From: Gekko japonicus
Lineage: Eukaryota
Length of the DNA: 64,000 nt
Direction: 5' to 3'
NCBI RefSeq assembly: GCF_001447785.1
Contig: NW_015164187.1
Location: 676,552 to 740,551 of the forward strand
Shown: positions 1-12,032 of the stretch, piece by piece
Numbering within the stretch: the stretch's first letter is position 1
How the letters are laid out: each line of letters starts with the position of its first letter
Notes under the pieces: generated by a model
The model's database searches: none
The model's input: the letters and a program-made list of their open reading frames with translations, nothing else
Told to the model about the DNA's origin: nothing
Made by a program: the position numbers and the translations under genes

Positions 1-89
1 ACCGATATCGATGCCGTCGGTGTCAAACCAGTCGGTATCGATGGTGGCGGAAGGGCCAGCGCTGCTATCACAGAGTCCTTCTTAGCAGT

Positions 90-560
90 CTACACCGCCT
101 TGGCCACCTTCTGCGTCGCCACTGAGGAGTCCGTCTTTTTGCCCTTCTNNNNNNNNNNNNNNNNNNNNNNNNNNNNNNNNNNNNNNNNNNNNNNNNNNNN
201 NNNNNNNNNNNNNNNNNNNNNNNNNNNNNNNNNNNNNNNNNNNNNNNNNNNNNNNNNNNNNNNNNNNNNNNNNNNNNNNNNNNNGGCAGCGGAAGACATG
301 GCGACGGAAGAAAGAGCTGGCGGGTCAGCCATCGGTTGAAGCGCCTTCTCCAGGAGAAAAACTCTTAAACGTGCCGCTCTGTTTTTCCGAGTCTGGTTGG
401 AAAACTGCACACAATGTTCACAAGAGTCTGTCTTGTGGGTCTCCCCAAGGCAAAAGATACAGTACTTATGGCCGTCTGGGGGAGCCAATTTACTTCCACA
501 GGAACGACAACGGTTGAAAAATCCCCACTTTTTCGACTTTTTTGACTTCTTCTTCTCCAT
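90..560 (-). CDS. DIRS ORF1 (gag-like, zinc-binding N-terminus), partial, spans N gap
   Basis: MEKKKSKK...CRSCGSKLAPPDGHKYCIFCLGETHKTDSCEHC. The true C-terminal extent is uncertain because of the gap. Confidence 0.65.
   Translation of the reverse strand: MEKKKSKKSKKWGFFNRCRSCGSKLAPPDGHKYCIFCLGETHKTDSCEHCVQFSNQTRKNRAARLRVFLLEKALQPMADPPALSSVAMSSAAXXXXXXXXXXXXXXXXXXXXXXXXXXXXXXXXXXXXXXXXXXXXXXKGKKTDSSVATQKVAKAV
149..284. other. Assembly gap (N run)
   Basis: Run of N. Confidence 1.
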
Positions 561-1269
561 AGACTGAGGAGAAAAAGCTAACGACAAGGGGGGGGGGTTG
601 GGCCAGCGGCCCGAAGGCCTGAGGTAATTTTACCTCAGACGACGAAAAACAAAAAGACTCCCTTTTAGGAAAACAGAAAAAGGAAACGAAACTGAAGAAA
701 AACTAAGGCGAAAACAGAGAGCTAGTCACTAAAAGTGATCAAAAAGGCAGTGATCCGGCCAGACCTCTCGAAGACAGGTCTGCTCAGCGCGGCGGAAAGG
801 AAAGAACTGGCGGGATGTCCGGGCCTGCCCTTCTGGGCATGCTCACTGGGGCTCCTGGGCATGCTCAGTTGGGCCAGGCACGAAAATCCTTCTAGAAGAG
901 CTTGCTAGGCACCGGCAGATCCAGCGCAGGCGCACTAGATCCCATTGGTGTGAAGCACAGAGACCACGAAGAAGATACTAAGGTAGACGTTATAACATTT
1001 CACTTCCACGGAACTTTTGAACTGTTCCCCTAGTCCCTCAATTGGGATCCATTGTTACAACTTGACTATTTTCAGCCAGCTCTAATCAGCTCTTCCACAC
1101 AGTTTCACTCATTCAGACATACTCCTTTCCCTCTCAGCTCCCCAGTCGCCCTCTTAACTGCTGTTTTTCAGCTCTTTCCCCAACATTCCGGTCAGTTCTC
1201 ATCAGTCGCTTTTAGGGAGAGATGGAGCCTACCCTGTCTGTCAAAGCGACTTATAATTAAAACCATGTC

Positions 1270-3290
1270 ACTATATTAAAAACAAGCCATTGGACAAAAG
1301 CAGCATAAAAACTATCCACAAAGCAGAAGCAGTCCATTAAGAAGGTAATAAGATAAACCCCCTAATTAAAAGCCTGGGTAGAAAGATGTGTTTTGCCCTG
1401 GTACCTAAAAGAAAGTAAAGTAGACGCCAGGCAAGACTCAAGGGGGAAGGCGAGGTGCTACCACAGAAAAGGCCCTGCCTTTGATCACCACCCACCTCAC
1501 CTTTGAAGGAAGGGAGGCAGAAAGTAGGGTTTGAGAGGTAGATCTTAACTAGCAGGCTGGATAGTATGGGAGGAGACAGTCCATCAGGTCCCTGGCACCA
1601 GGCCACTTAGGACCTTAAAGGTGAGAACACTTTGAATTGTACATAGAAACAGATGGTTAACCAGTATAGATCTTTCAGCACAGAGGTGATATGAGCCCTG
1701 CCATCAACCTGTGACATTAGCCTGGCCACCACATTTTGGACCAAATGAAATTTCTGAACTGTTTCAAAGGCAGCCCCAAGTGGCACATAATACAGTAATC
1801 TACATTGGATGTGATCACAGCATGGATCACTGTGACCAGATCACACTTTTTGAAGAATGGCTGTAGTTGGTGAATCAAGTGGAGTTAATAAAAGGCATCA
1901 TGTGCCATAGAGAAGATCTGAGCCTCCAGCCGAAGGCCAGGATTCAGTAGTACCCCCAAGTTTTGAACCTGCTACTTTGGAGGAGTGTAACTCCTCCAGG
2001 ACAGACTGGGTATGCAGTTCTCAAGCAGCTTCTCCATTGACCAGCACCCCCTCAGCCTTGTCCAGATTGAGCTTCAGTTTATTGGCCCTTATCCATCCCA
2101 TTACATTCACCAGGTGTTCAAGAGATGTCCACTGTCCCACCTGGCTTAGCTGCTAAGGAGAAATAGAGCTGGCTGTCATCCGCATATTGTGACACCTCAC
2201 TCCAAATCCCCAGTTGATTTCTCCCAGTGGGTTCATGTAGATGTTAAATAGCATGGGGGACAAGAAGGAGCCCTGTGGGACTCTGTAGCTTAAACGCCCT
2301 GAAAGTGAGCAGGAGCCCCCCCCCCACCATCTGGAACTGTTTGGTCAGTCTTCTTCAAAAGAGGTCTCACGATCACCTCTTTCAAAGTGGTCAGAACTAC
2401 ACCCTCCCATGGAGAGGAATATATTAATTTCTAGATAAACCATCGCAGGACCACATGATATTATTAGTTATGAAGTGTGGGGTCAAGATGGGACATGGTC
2501 TACCACACACTTTGAAGAACCTTGTCCACTTCATCGGACCTCACCAACAGAAAGTCACCCATACAACTAGTACCAGATCACGCTCCAATAGCATCCTGAG
2601 ATTGAGCCAGTCCAACTGTGGCACAAATAGGTTGTGGTGCGTGTGAGAAATTTTATCTGCAAAATGCATTGTAAAGGAATCACAGAAAGCTTGTATGTTT
2701 TCTAGGGCTTGAGATAAAAGCCTCTTCACAACCCAGAAAAACTCTGCTGGATGCAATGGCAGTAGAAAAGTGATTTTGCTTCCATGCCATCACTGCCAAG
2801 AGTAGGCATGATAATCTCTGTGTTCAGTTACATTTGCATTAGGCTTTTCTCCACTTGCACTCCAACAGTTTGCCCAACCATTTAATCACCTGAAGTTCCT
2901 TAGTAAACCAAGGAACATTCCATATTCCTTGGAAGGAGGGAGGTTGCTCAGGGACAAGCATGCCCACAACCTGGGTCATCTCGGTATTCTACAGATCAAC
3001 CAGGGCTGCAACAGGAACATCAACCTTGTGTGACTGGAAAATCCCCAAGAGACATCAGGAACCCCTCTGGATCCTTCACATTCAATCCTAATCCCCCCCC
3101 CCAGTTGCAGAGGTTCCTTCCAAGTGACCATGATTCTATATCTCACCAGATAATAGTAGGTTCATGACAAAGGCAGAATTGAAAATCCCCCCGTTAACAA
3201 ACCACATACGTTATATCCCCAGAGAAAACTAGATGGCATATAAGGCCCCTTCTAACGCTAGGATTCACACTGTGGGTTCTGCCACCATTC
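1270..3290 (-). mobile_element. Old degraded L2 LINE
   Basis: Minus strand near 2180-2290 reads PQGS.LSPMLFNIYMNPLG...YADDSQLY (RT), with L2-type 3' region toward 1270. Many stops and frameshifts; boundaries approximate. Confidence 0.75.
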
Positions 3291-3467
3291 ACACATAAGG
3301 AGCCTTTATGAAAGCCAAATCTTGGTATTAAAAGAGGACAGACAATTTTAAAATGAACAACATCCCTTTCTTTCTAGTACTTTCTCTTACTTCTATGTAC
3401 TGCCATCTGTGCAGCCTATATCCTGTTTGTCCTGAATTTACCAGTAATTCCAGGGGTAGACAGGAAG

Positions 3468-3633
3468 AGGCCAATGGCTTTGTGGTAGAGCTGAATGTCC
3501 CAGGTTCAATCCCTGCCATCTTTAGTGGAAAGGATCAGATAGTAGGTGATGTGAAAGACCTCTACCTGAGACCATGGAGAGTCACTGCTGGTCTGAGTAG
3601 GCAATACTCATTGATGGACCAATGTTCTGATTC
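3468..3633 (+). mobile_element. tRNA-derived SINE, degraded
   Basis: A box-like GTGGTAGAGC, B box GGTTCAATCCC. Homologous to the copies at 18768-18970 and 31388-31520. Confidence 0.7.
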
Positions 3634-3679
3634 AAGGGTGACGAGGTCCCCCCTGGCTACCAGTGCAGGTTAGGGGAAG

Positions 3680-3882
3680 TAGGGTTGCCAGATCCAGGCT
3701 GGGAAACTCCTGGAGAATTGGGGATGGAGCCTGGGGACGACAGGGACCTCAGTGGGGTATAAAGCCATAGAGTTTCCCCTCCAAAGCATCCATTTTCTCC
3801 AGGGGAAATGATCTCTGTAAAACAGGAGATAAACTGTAATTCCAGGGGATCCCTAGGCCCCAGCTGGAGGCTGGCAGACCTA
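3680..3882. mobile_element. hAT-type MITE
   Basis: Terminal inverted repeats TAGGGTTGCCAG ... CTGGCAGACCTA. A related left end starts near 63930. Confidence 0.7.
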
Positions 3883-3889
3883 TCTGATC

Positions 3890-4163
3890 AAGAAGAAGAA
3901 GAAGATATTGGATTTATACCCCGCCCTTCACTCGGAGTCTCAGAGCGGCTTACAAACTCCTTTCCCTTCCCCTCCCCACAACAGACACCCTGTGAGGTAG
4001 GTGGTGCTGAGAGAGCTCTTTCCAGAACTGTCCTTGAGAGAACAGCTCTGATAGAACTATGGCGTGCCCAAGGTCATCCAGCAGCTGCAAGGGGAGGAGT
4101 GGGGAATCAAACCCGGTTCTCCCAGATTAGAGTCCGCGCATAACCACTACACCAAACTGGCTG
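3890..4163 (-). mobile_element. tRNA-derived SINE with L2-like tail and (TTC)n end (Squam3-like)
   Basis: Head AGCCAGTTTGGTGTAGTGGTTA...GGTTTGATTCCCC, tail GTAAGCCGCTCTGAG...GGGCGGGGTATAAA. Several homologous copies occur in the window. Confidence 0.8.
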
Positions 4164-5821
4164 CTTCACGTGTGTTCATGTGTCATCTCCTGACCACTGC
4201 CATGCAGTTTCTACACCAGGGAAATTCCAAGTGGTTGTAGTCCAGCAGGAACTCTACATTGTTTCAAGTTTCACCTTTATTACAACAGTGAACACACTCT
4301 TACTTCAGCCACAGAGCATTATCAGGAACTACTCTGGGGCTTATTTTAGCATCCATGTCATTCTATTATCGTTCTGATATGCAGTCTTCTGTTTTTGACC
4401 CTAACTACACTGAGATAAAAGATATAATCCACTAAATAATTCTCTTCTGGACTTCGTAATCAAGTTCATTCTGGGGCCAGGTAACACTTTCAAAATGGAT
4501 TCAGATCCTCCTACTTTGTTTATTAAAGAAGGTACTGTAATTTGTATAAACATTCAAAAGCCAATAGTATTTAAAATGCACAGATCAGGGTCCTCTGGGC
4601 TCCACATGGTCCCCTGGCATAGCAGACAGACGTCAAGGACTCTAGATGGCAGGTTTCACATATCTAATACCCAGAGACTTTTCATACTGGCTCACCTTAG
4701 GCCTACTCTTGGTCGATCAACAGGGCTGTACTTCCAGGCTTGTCTCCTGGACACTGCAGGGTGACAAGACAGTGTTAGATATGGGTGGGGGGTGTTAACG
4801 TTTAAACAAGCATTTTGAATATGAATTAATGCAGGTAGCTTTGTGCCAAAATATCTACCATTACTTTTTCCATCTATTCCAGGAGCAGCAAGATACACAC
4901 AGTAAAGTTTATTTTGGTCCTGGGTATACTTCACTCCCATTAAAAATAAATTAATCAGCAAATTCCTACACAGCTAAGCCTGCTTTTATGTAAATATAAC
5001 ACAGCTGTAATGAATTACAAGGTGTTATTATCTCACACACACGCACTGCATAATACTTCACACATAAGAGGTTTCTCTCTTTAGCTCAGCTTGCAACAAA
5101 AGCATCTTAAATAAACTGAGAAAAAATTGTTTGGTTTGTAATGTTTTCATAGAAGTGGAGTATACCTCACACATATAAGGTTTCTTTATATGACTCATTT
5201 TATAACAAGTTAAACTGAGGAAGTTTATTTTGGAAAACACTAACAAATTGGGGGTTTTGTACAAAGAAAATTGACTGGTAGCTGCTTCTAGAGCAAAGGC
5301 ACCCAGGAAAGGCTTCTCATATTTCATTTTGTTGTAAGTCTGTCCTTCACTGTATTTGTACTTTAAACATTTCTGAGGCATACATACTCCCCCTATCTGG
5401 AGATGCTGGGCTTTTTCAATGGCATTGCCAAGTTTTTAATGACTTTTATTGTCTTAATTGTAAGCAGCCTTGAGCAGGTGCTTGGAGAGGCGGTATAAAA
5501 TTTTCTACATAAAATTAATAAATTTGGAATTACTGCCTCCACTTTTAATTTGTTTCCTAAGATGGCAGCTGCATATCCATATATCCCTAACTAACTTGAT
5601 TCAAAGAAAAGTTGGGGAAAATGGACACGGGAGAGTGAATTAGTCAAACGTCTATTAAAAAATCAAATTGCCAAAATGTCTACATGAACAGGTGTGCCAG
5701 TGCAAATTTTGCATTTTTTTGACAAATGGACCAATAATGAAAGTTGAGGGACAATGATCGGAAAGAACGCCAATGTGAGATTTCTACTGAAGCCAACCAT
5801 TGAAAAATATTTATGTCTTCT

Positions 5822-5960
5822 TTTATTTATTTATTTATTTAATTAAAATATTTATTAGCTGTCTTTTTCCCTTGTGGAACTCAAGGTGGCATAAAATATA
5901 AATATTAAAATCACAATAAAACGCTATTATAAAACCCATAAAATCACAGTTTAAAAACTC
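5822..5960 (-). mobile_element. 3' tail of an older L2 (continues at 9695 after nested insertions)
   Basis: (TAAA)n tail and GCCACCTTGAG L2-type end on minus; the sequence resumes as L2 3' region at 9695. Confidence 0.55.
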
Positions 5961-5965
5961 CAATG

Positions 5966-8900
5966 AGGACTGCCCGGCCCAATTATTTAGAACGATTCGG
6001 TCATTGACAGCTCTGCCACAGGGCAGGCAAAATGCCAGGGAATTGGACATTGGCTGTGAGGCTTTTGCGAGCTATTTTGCAGAGAAAGTCTTGGCGCTCC
6101 GCCGTGACCTCCCCGCCACTATTGATACAGTGAGCGAACTTGAGGCCCCTTGCACGTCTTTGGTGCCGGGTTTGGTGAGTTTTAGTCCACTCAGCCTGGA
6201 GGAAGTTGACAGATTGCTCGTATCTGTGCACCCAACCACGTGTGACCTTGATCCGTGCCCCTCCTGGCTCATTAAAGTGGGTCGCGAGGGGTTTCGAGGT
6301 GCCCTGCGGGAGATTGTCAACAAGTCCCTCTTGGAGGGACGGTTCCCCAGGGCACTCAAGGAAGCAATGGTCTGCCCTCTCTTGAAAAAACCATCTCTGG
6401 ACCCGGCCGAATTTGGCCAACTATCAGCCTGTGTCCAATTTGCCCTATTTGGGCAAACTTATTGAGTGGGCGATACAGCTACAGGGCTTTCTGGATGACG
6501 CTTCTGTCCTCGATCCCTTCCAGTCCGGCTTTCGCCCTGGTCATGGGACGGAGACGGTACTGGTCGCTCTGACTGACGACCTCCATAGGCATCTGGATCA
6601 TGGCGGTGTGGCGGCACTGTTGTTGTTAGATCTGTCGGCCGCATTCAACACGGTCGACCCCCAGTTGAATGAATGAATTTTATTGTAACAGCGATTAGCC
6701 AGCAATATAAAACCAGAAAAAATAAATTACAATGGCCAAATAGTAAAATTTCCAAAATTCAGCAAGGTAAAAAGAGCTAACATTATAAACGTTACGTTCA
6801 TTAAAACCAAACTAAAAGTACGCTGCCATAAAACACAGTATAGTATAAAAGAATAAAACATATTACCAAAGGGAACGGTACGAGTTAAAAGCAACAGTCC
6901 TAACCCGAGTGCCAACCATCATGCTGATGCGCTTCTACCACCAAGGAACAAAATTTCGCAATCTGATAGAGCGCTGTGTGTTCAAGGTTAAGAAACAAGT
7001 TCTCCACCTTGTCCTGATCTGAAGTGCCTGCCAGAAGGGGATTAATAAGTTTAGTACGAGCCTCTTCAAATACCGGGCATCTTAGGAACACATGTTCCTG
7101 AGATTCAATCTCCCCCAACGCACACAAGCATAGCCTCTCTGTTCGGGGTATTTTTTTAAATTTACCCTCAAGAACTGCAGAGGGTAAGGCCGAGCATCTG
7201 GCCAGAGTATATGCCCTCCTAAGTTTACGTGACTCCAACACGTTAAGATATGGGGCCTGCGCAACGATGTATTTAATTCTAATTGGCGCTATAAATGTTG
7301 GGGACACCTGTAGATCTAATTGACGTTCGGTATCCTTGATCCTCTGTCTTATTTCTAACTTAGCTCGGTCCCTACCCATCTCCAAAAGCGCTCAGGGAGC
7401 ATACCCCAAGAGCGAGATTTTCCGCTTAACAGAAATCAGCCAATTAGATTCAAAGGCATCAGACAGAATCAGGGGCACTAGTCCACATGGGTTCAAATTG
7501 ATCTTCAGCCAATAGAAGATGGAGTATAAGGCAATCATGGCTTCAACCTTCAGCATGCCAGTCTCTAGCCGTACCATTGCGTTGGATACGCATCTCGGAA
7601 CTTGGAGCACTGCTCTCAAAAATTTCGATTGGACTAGCTCCAAAGGAGCATAGCTAGATGGAGGCGCTCCAAGCAGCGTTCCGTAGAGCATCTGGGCAAG
7701 TGTTTTGGCCTTGTAAAGTTTTAAAGCTGGTGGTACAAAATAGCCCCCTTGGGAGCTAAAAAACTTAAGAATGCCATGAGAGGATTTTTCACCCGAGCAA
7801 GCAGCTGCCTGGCTATGGGCAGTCCTAGATCCAGAGGCTTGGATGATCATGCCCAGATAGCGAAAACTAGCTACCTGTTCGAGGTTCTGCCCATTTACCC
7901 TCCACTTCCTTAGTTTGGGTCTCTTGCCAAAGGCCATCACCTTTGTCTTTGTATAATTTATATCCAGCTCCTGCTCATTGCAATAGCAAGCGAACTTCTT
8001 AATTGCCCTTCTCATTCCAATTGGGGTTCTAGAAAGAATAACAGCGTCATCAGCATATAACAGTATCGTGATAGAGCGCTGAGCCAATTTGGGGGGATGA
8101 AGATCTGCATCATCTAGGTACCCAACAACATCATTGAGGTAAAAATTAAATAGAGCAGGAGCTAGCATACAGCCTTGCCTAACTCCCTTTAAGGTGGGAA
8201 TTCTATCAGTCAAGTGCCCCAGCCTGGAATATCTAACCCTCAAAGATGTATGTTCGTGGAGGGCACGAATGAGGGCTAGAAGTCTCCTATCTATTGAGGA
8301 GGCTTCAAGTGTCGACCCCCAGTTGCTAGCCCACCGCCTCGTCGACATGGGGATTCAGTGGCTTACCCTTCAATGGTTTGCCTCTTTTCTCCAAGGCCGA
8401 GGACAAAGGGTGCGATAGGGGATCAGTGGTCCCAGAGGCGGCCTCTTGAATGTGGGGTGCCTCAGGGGGCAGTGTTATCCCCGATGTTGTTTAACATCTA
8501 CATGCGCCCCCTTGCCCAGATTGCCTGGAGTTGTGGGCTTGGGTGTCATCAATATGCAGATGACACCCGGCTCTATCTGATGTTGGGCGGCTGGTCGGAC
8601 TCCACCCCGGATGACCTTCATTGGGCGTTACAGGCCGTGGCTGGTTGGCTCAGACTGAGTCGGCTGAAACTAAACCCAGCAAAGACGGAGGTCCTGGGTC
8701 TGAGTCGGATCGGTTAGGGGTTGGGGCTCCCTCACCGGACCTTCGATGGGGCGCCTTTGGTGCCAGCATCGGAGGTTAGGAGTTTGGGTGTGCTCCTGGA
8801 CTCCTCTTTAATGATGGAGGCCCAGGTGGCAGCCACTGCCAAGCCGGCTTTTTACCATCTTCGGCTGGCGCAGCAGCTGGTCCCTTTCCTCGACCGTGAT

Positions 8901-9692
8901 GACCTGGCCACAATGATCCATGCGACGGTCACCTCGAGCTTAGACTACTGTAACACTCTCTACATGGGGCTGCCTTTGTCGCAAATTCGGAAGCTGCAGC
9001 TAGTGCAGAATGCTGCAGCCAGGCTGTTGATGGGTCTCCCTAGATGAGATCACATCCAGCCTGTGCTGAAAGCGCTGCACTGGCTGCCAATGGCGTACCG
9101 GATTTGCTTCAAAGTGCTGGTTCTTACCTTTAAAGCCCTATATGGCCAGGGTCCGGCCTACCTAAGGGACCGCCTTTCCCCGCATGTTCCCCCAAGAGCA
9201 CTACGGTCGGGGAGCCAAAATGTCCTGGACATTCCAGGCCCCAGGAACATCAAATTTGCTGTCACCAGGGCCAGGGTGTTTTTTGGTGGTGGCTCCTACC
9301 TGGTGGAACGAGCTCCCAGAAGAGATCCGGGCCCTGCGGGACCTTATGCAGAGCTCTTCCACCAGGCTTTTGAGTAGGAGCCATCGCCACCACTATTCCA
9401 TCACCGCTTCCTCCATCACCGCACTTTTACCACCGCTTGAGTGGGTACCATCGGGGGTGCGAGACGTTCCTGGTGGATGACAGTGCTGCTGGGACATATA
9501 TTGTTGTTCTGGTATAATATCTCCAGACCCCCATCTTGGATTTTATGATCTAAGCACCGATATTTTACTAATCGTATTATATTGTATTATTATACTGTTT
9601 TTTATACTGTTTTATTGTTTTAACTGGGCATTTATGCCTCTTTGTAAGCCGCCCTGAGCCTTGGGGGAGGGCGGGATATAAATAATAATAAT
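5966..9692 (+). mobile_element. Young 5'-truncated L2 LINE (ORF2 RT with frameshifts), interrupted at 6668-8310
   Basis: Translations include TTCDLDPCPSWL, NYQPVSNLPYLGKL, QSGFRPGHGTET, LLDLSAAFNTVD, GVPQGAVLSPMLFNIYM, QYADDT and LHWLP. The 3' end is GTAAGCCGCCCTGAG...(AAT)n. Confidence 0.93.
6668..8310 (-). mobile_element. 5'-truncated RTE-X-like LINE nested in L2, 15-bp TSD
   Basis: RT motifs GVRQGCMLAPALFNFY and LLYADD, C-terminal C-C-H-C knuckle, (ATTC)n tail. TSD GTCGACCCCCAGTTG at 6653-6667 and 8311-8325. Clade assignment is from memory. Confidence 0.85.
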
Positions 9693-9694
9693 TA

Positions 9695-10620
9695 AAAAAA
9701 AGCTAACTCAATCAAAATGCAGTCCTAAATAAAACTGTCTTCAATTGCTTCCTGGAGATCGACAATGCAGGGGGGCTGGCGCACCTTCCTGGGGAGGTTG
9801 TTCCATCACTGTGGGGCTGCCAAAAAAAAAGGCCCTTCCATGTACCTACCAAATGAGCATCTTCAATTGGTGGGACAGTCAGGAGGGCATCTACCCACAA
9901 TCTTAATTCCTGGATGGGAACATATGGGAGAAGACGGTCCTTCAGATACCCCAGTCCCAAGCCATGTAGGGCTTTAAAGGACAAAAACAACCAATTGAAC
10001 TGGGGTTGGGAGTTGATCAGTAGCCAGTGTAATAGCTGTAGTATTGGGGACATATGCTCCTGATAGCTGGCCCCAACCAGCAGTTGAGCCACAGTATTCT
10101 GCACTAGTTCCAGCCTCCAAACACTCTCCAAGGGTAGCTCCAAGTACAGTGCAGTGCTGTAGTCATAAGAACATAAGAGAAGCCAATGTTGGATCAGGCC
10201 AATGGCCCATCTAGTCCAACACTCTGTCACACAGTGGCCAAAAATACCAGGTGCCATCAGGAGGTCCAGCAGTGGGGCCAAGACACTAGAAGCTCTCCCA
10301 CTGTTGTCCCTCCCCCCAAGCACCAAGAATACAGAGCATCACTTGCCCCAGACCGAGAGTTCCTATCTATACCTTGTGGATGGAATCATGGTAGACCACC
10401 ATGACTTGTTTCCCCATCCCCCTCATCAAACCTCCTGCTTCACAGAGAAACACTGAGGACAGAGGACAGAGCTAGGTCAGACTTACACCCCCAAGCCTCA
10501 CCTGGCCAAGTCTCTGTAATACAAGTCAAGTCAGCCTGTGCATCCAGGATTAAATCCTGAATGACAGCAGTGTTCCCATTTGCTGACCTGGTAAATGTGG
10601 TACAAATTTTCATGCAATCC
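9695..10620 (-). mobile_element. Older L2 remnants (3' ORF2 region and endonuclease fragment) with CR1 insertion
   Basis: LELVQNTVAQLL...LHWL...LSFKALHGLG.GYLKDRL (ORF 9712..10326) and EN motif QADLTCITETW (10440..10622). Confidence 0.8.
10165..10380 (-). mobile_element. CR1 LINE 3' fragment
   Basis: (TTCTTATG)n tail with the TGGACTAGATGGGCCATTGGCCTGATCC CR1 3' stem. Confidence 0.75.
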
Positions 10621-10958
10621 ATCCACTAGCGCTTGGAGCACTAAATTTCCACAGATCATGGTATGCTGCACTAATTATCTCTCCCCCACTTGATTACCAG
10701 TAGCCAATTTGGCCGGCTAGCTGCACCCTTTGAATAGCAGGTTTTGTGCTACAGATTATATTTCGTAGCTCACTGAGACACAGACGCTAACCAATATGCT
10801 GAAAAGAAAGGGCTAAATTTTGAGAAGATGGTCTCAAGAACAGAGCACCACCGATACACCCTTAGTCAAAGAGAAAATAGATATACATGGACACTTTTTA
10901 CCTTGTATTAATGTCACCCAAAATGAAAGAGACATCTGTCTATATTGTTTTCAGTACA

Positions 10959-10964
10959 TTTATT
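10959..10964 (-). terminator. Candidate distal polyadenylation signal (AATAAA) of UQCC1
   Basis: TTTATT on + about 1.07 kb past the stop, near the end of the repeat-free stretch downstream of the last exon. Confidence 0.4.
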
Positions 10965-11933
10965 AGGATCAAACCCCTAAAGTAGTGGAGAACGATTACC
11001 CAGTTTCTCAACAAAGGCATTACATGGCAAGGAAAACAAAGATCCCCCTTCCCCCCGCCACCACCAATTACGATTTTGACCACAAGAGAGATGAAGGAAA
11101 TTCTTCCTCCAAGAATGGAATAATGGGCTAACCTTCCATATGTAATACAGACAAGGATGATCCTGAACAAAGGTACCATTTTGAAAAACAAGTTCAGCAA
11201 ACCAACACCTGGTCAAAGTATAAGTCAGATAGGATCCTAAGCCATTATTTTATATGGTGATAACTCGAACAAAGCAAACAGGAAATGCTGCTCTTACTGC
11301 AAAGCTTTCTGCAAAGCTTTCACAGCAGGAAGACAACAGTGGCTGGCTGAACAGTGGATTCTAGCTGTTGCCCCAAGCCCCGCCTTTCCTATTGAGTCAA
11401 TGAACATCTCTGCTCCCAGGCCACAGATGTAAGCAAGGAAGTGGTTCCCCGGCTCTCCTGTCTGTAACCTTCAGTCTGATGTTAGATGGGAATTTGCAGG
11501 CCATCCTTTCAGAAACCCTCACCCATTTCTTTTCAGGCTTTGCCATTCTGGTATCTTGCTTGCCTTGAGAGAGAACACTCATACAAAACTTCATGCAGCA
11601 TCCAAGCAGTTACAACCATATTTATGCCTCCCAGTGTCAGAGAAGAGAGAATGATGGCATGAGGCAGCTGATCCCCTCTTGCCAGGCAAAAGGAAGCTTG
11701 CTTGTCATGTCACTTTGGTAAACTATTTTGCTCTCAAAAGACATAAGCTCCCTCTTAGAACCAGTGTGCAGGAATTACTGGATAATATATCAGTGAGGGA
11801 TTCTTTAAATGAACTAGCAGCTTTTTCACCACAGATGTAATACTAAAAGTAGAATGCTTTCCAGGTTTGCTAAAGGTGAAAATCAGTACACATAAGGGAG
11901 TTTTAACCATTCTTTCAAATTGCAAATACTGTA

Positions 11934-11939
11934 TTTATT
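11934..11939 (-). terminator. Candidate proximal polyadenylation signal (AATAAA) of UQCC1
   Basis: TTTATT on + about 95 nt past the stop codon; usage is not demonstrable from sequence. Confidence 0.4.
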
Positions 11940-12032
11940 CTTTGCCTTCTTGGGAGCTCCACAGCATAAGATGTCCCACTTCCAGCACCTGTTCCAAATA
12001 CAGACTTCAAGACACAGTCAACAGCAAACATT

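Larger units (their letters stand above)
1..976 (-). mobile_element. DIRS-type (tyrosine-recombinase) retrotransposon, young 5' end with ORF1 start; truncated by window edge
   Basis: ORF 90..587 has the DIRS ORF1 N-terminal Cys/His cluster (CRSC..DGHKYCIFCLGETH...CEHC...RAARL). The minus-strand terminus TCTTCTTCGTGGTCTCTGTGCTTCACACCAATGGG resembles reptile DIRS ends. The region is CpG-rich. Confidence 0.8.

Noticed and set aside
11133-11208. AG/GT-bounded segment that looks like an extra minus-strand exon
   Set aside because: It lies beyond the UQCC1 stop in probable 3' UTR, has no recognisable peptide and has a weak acceptor.
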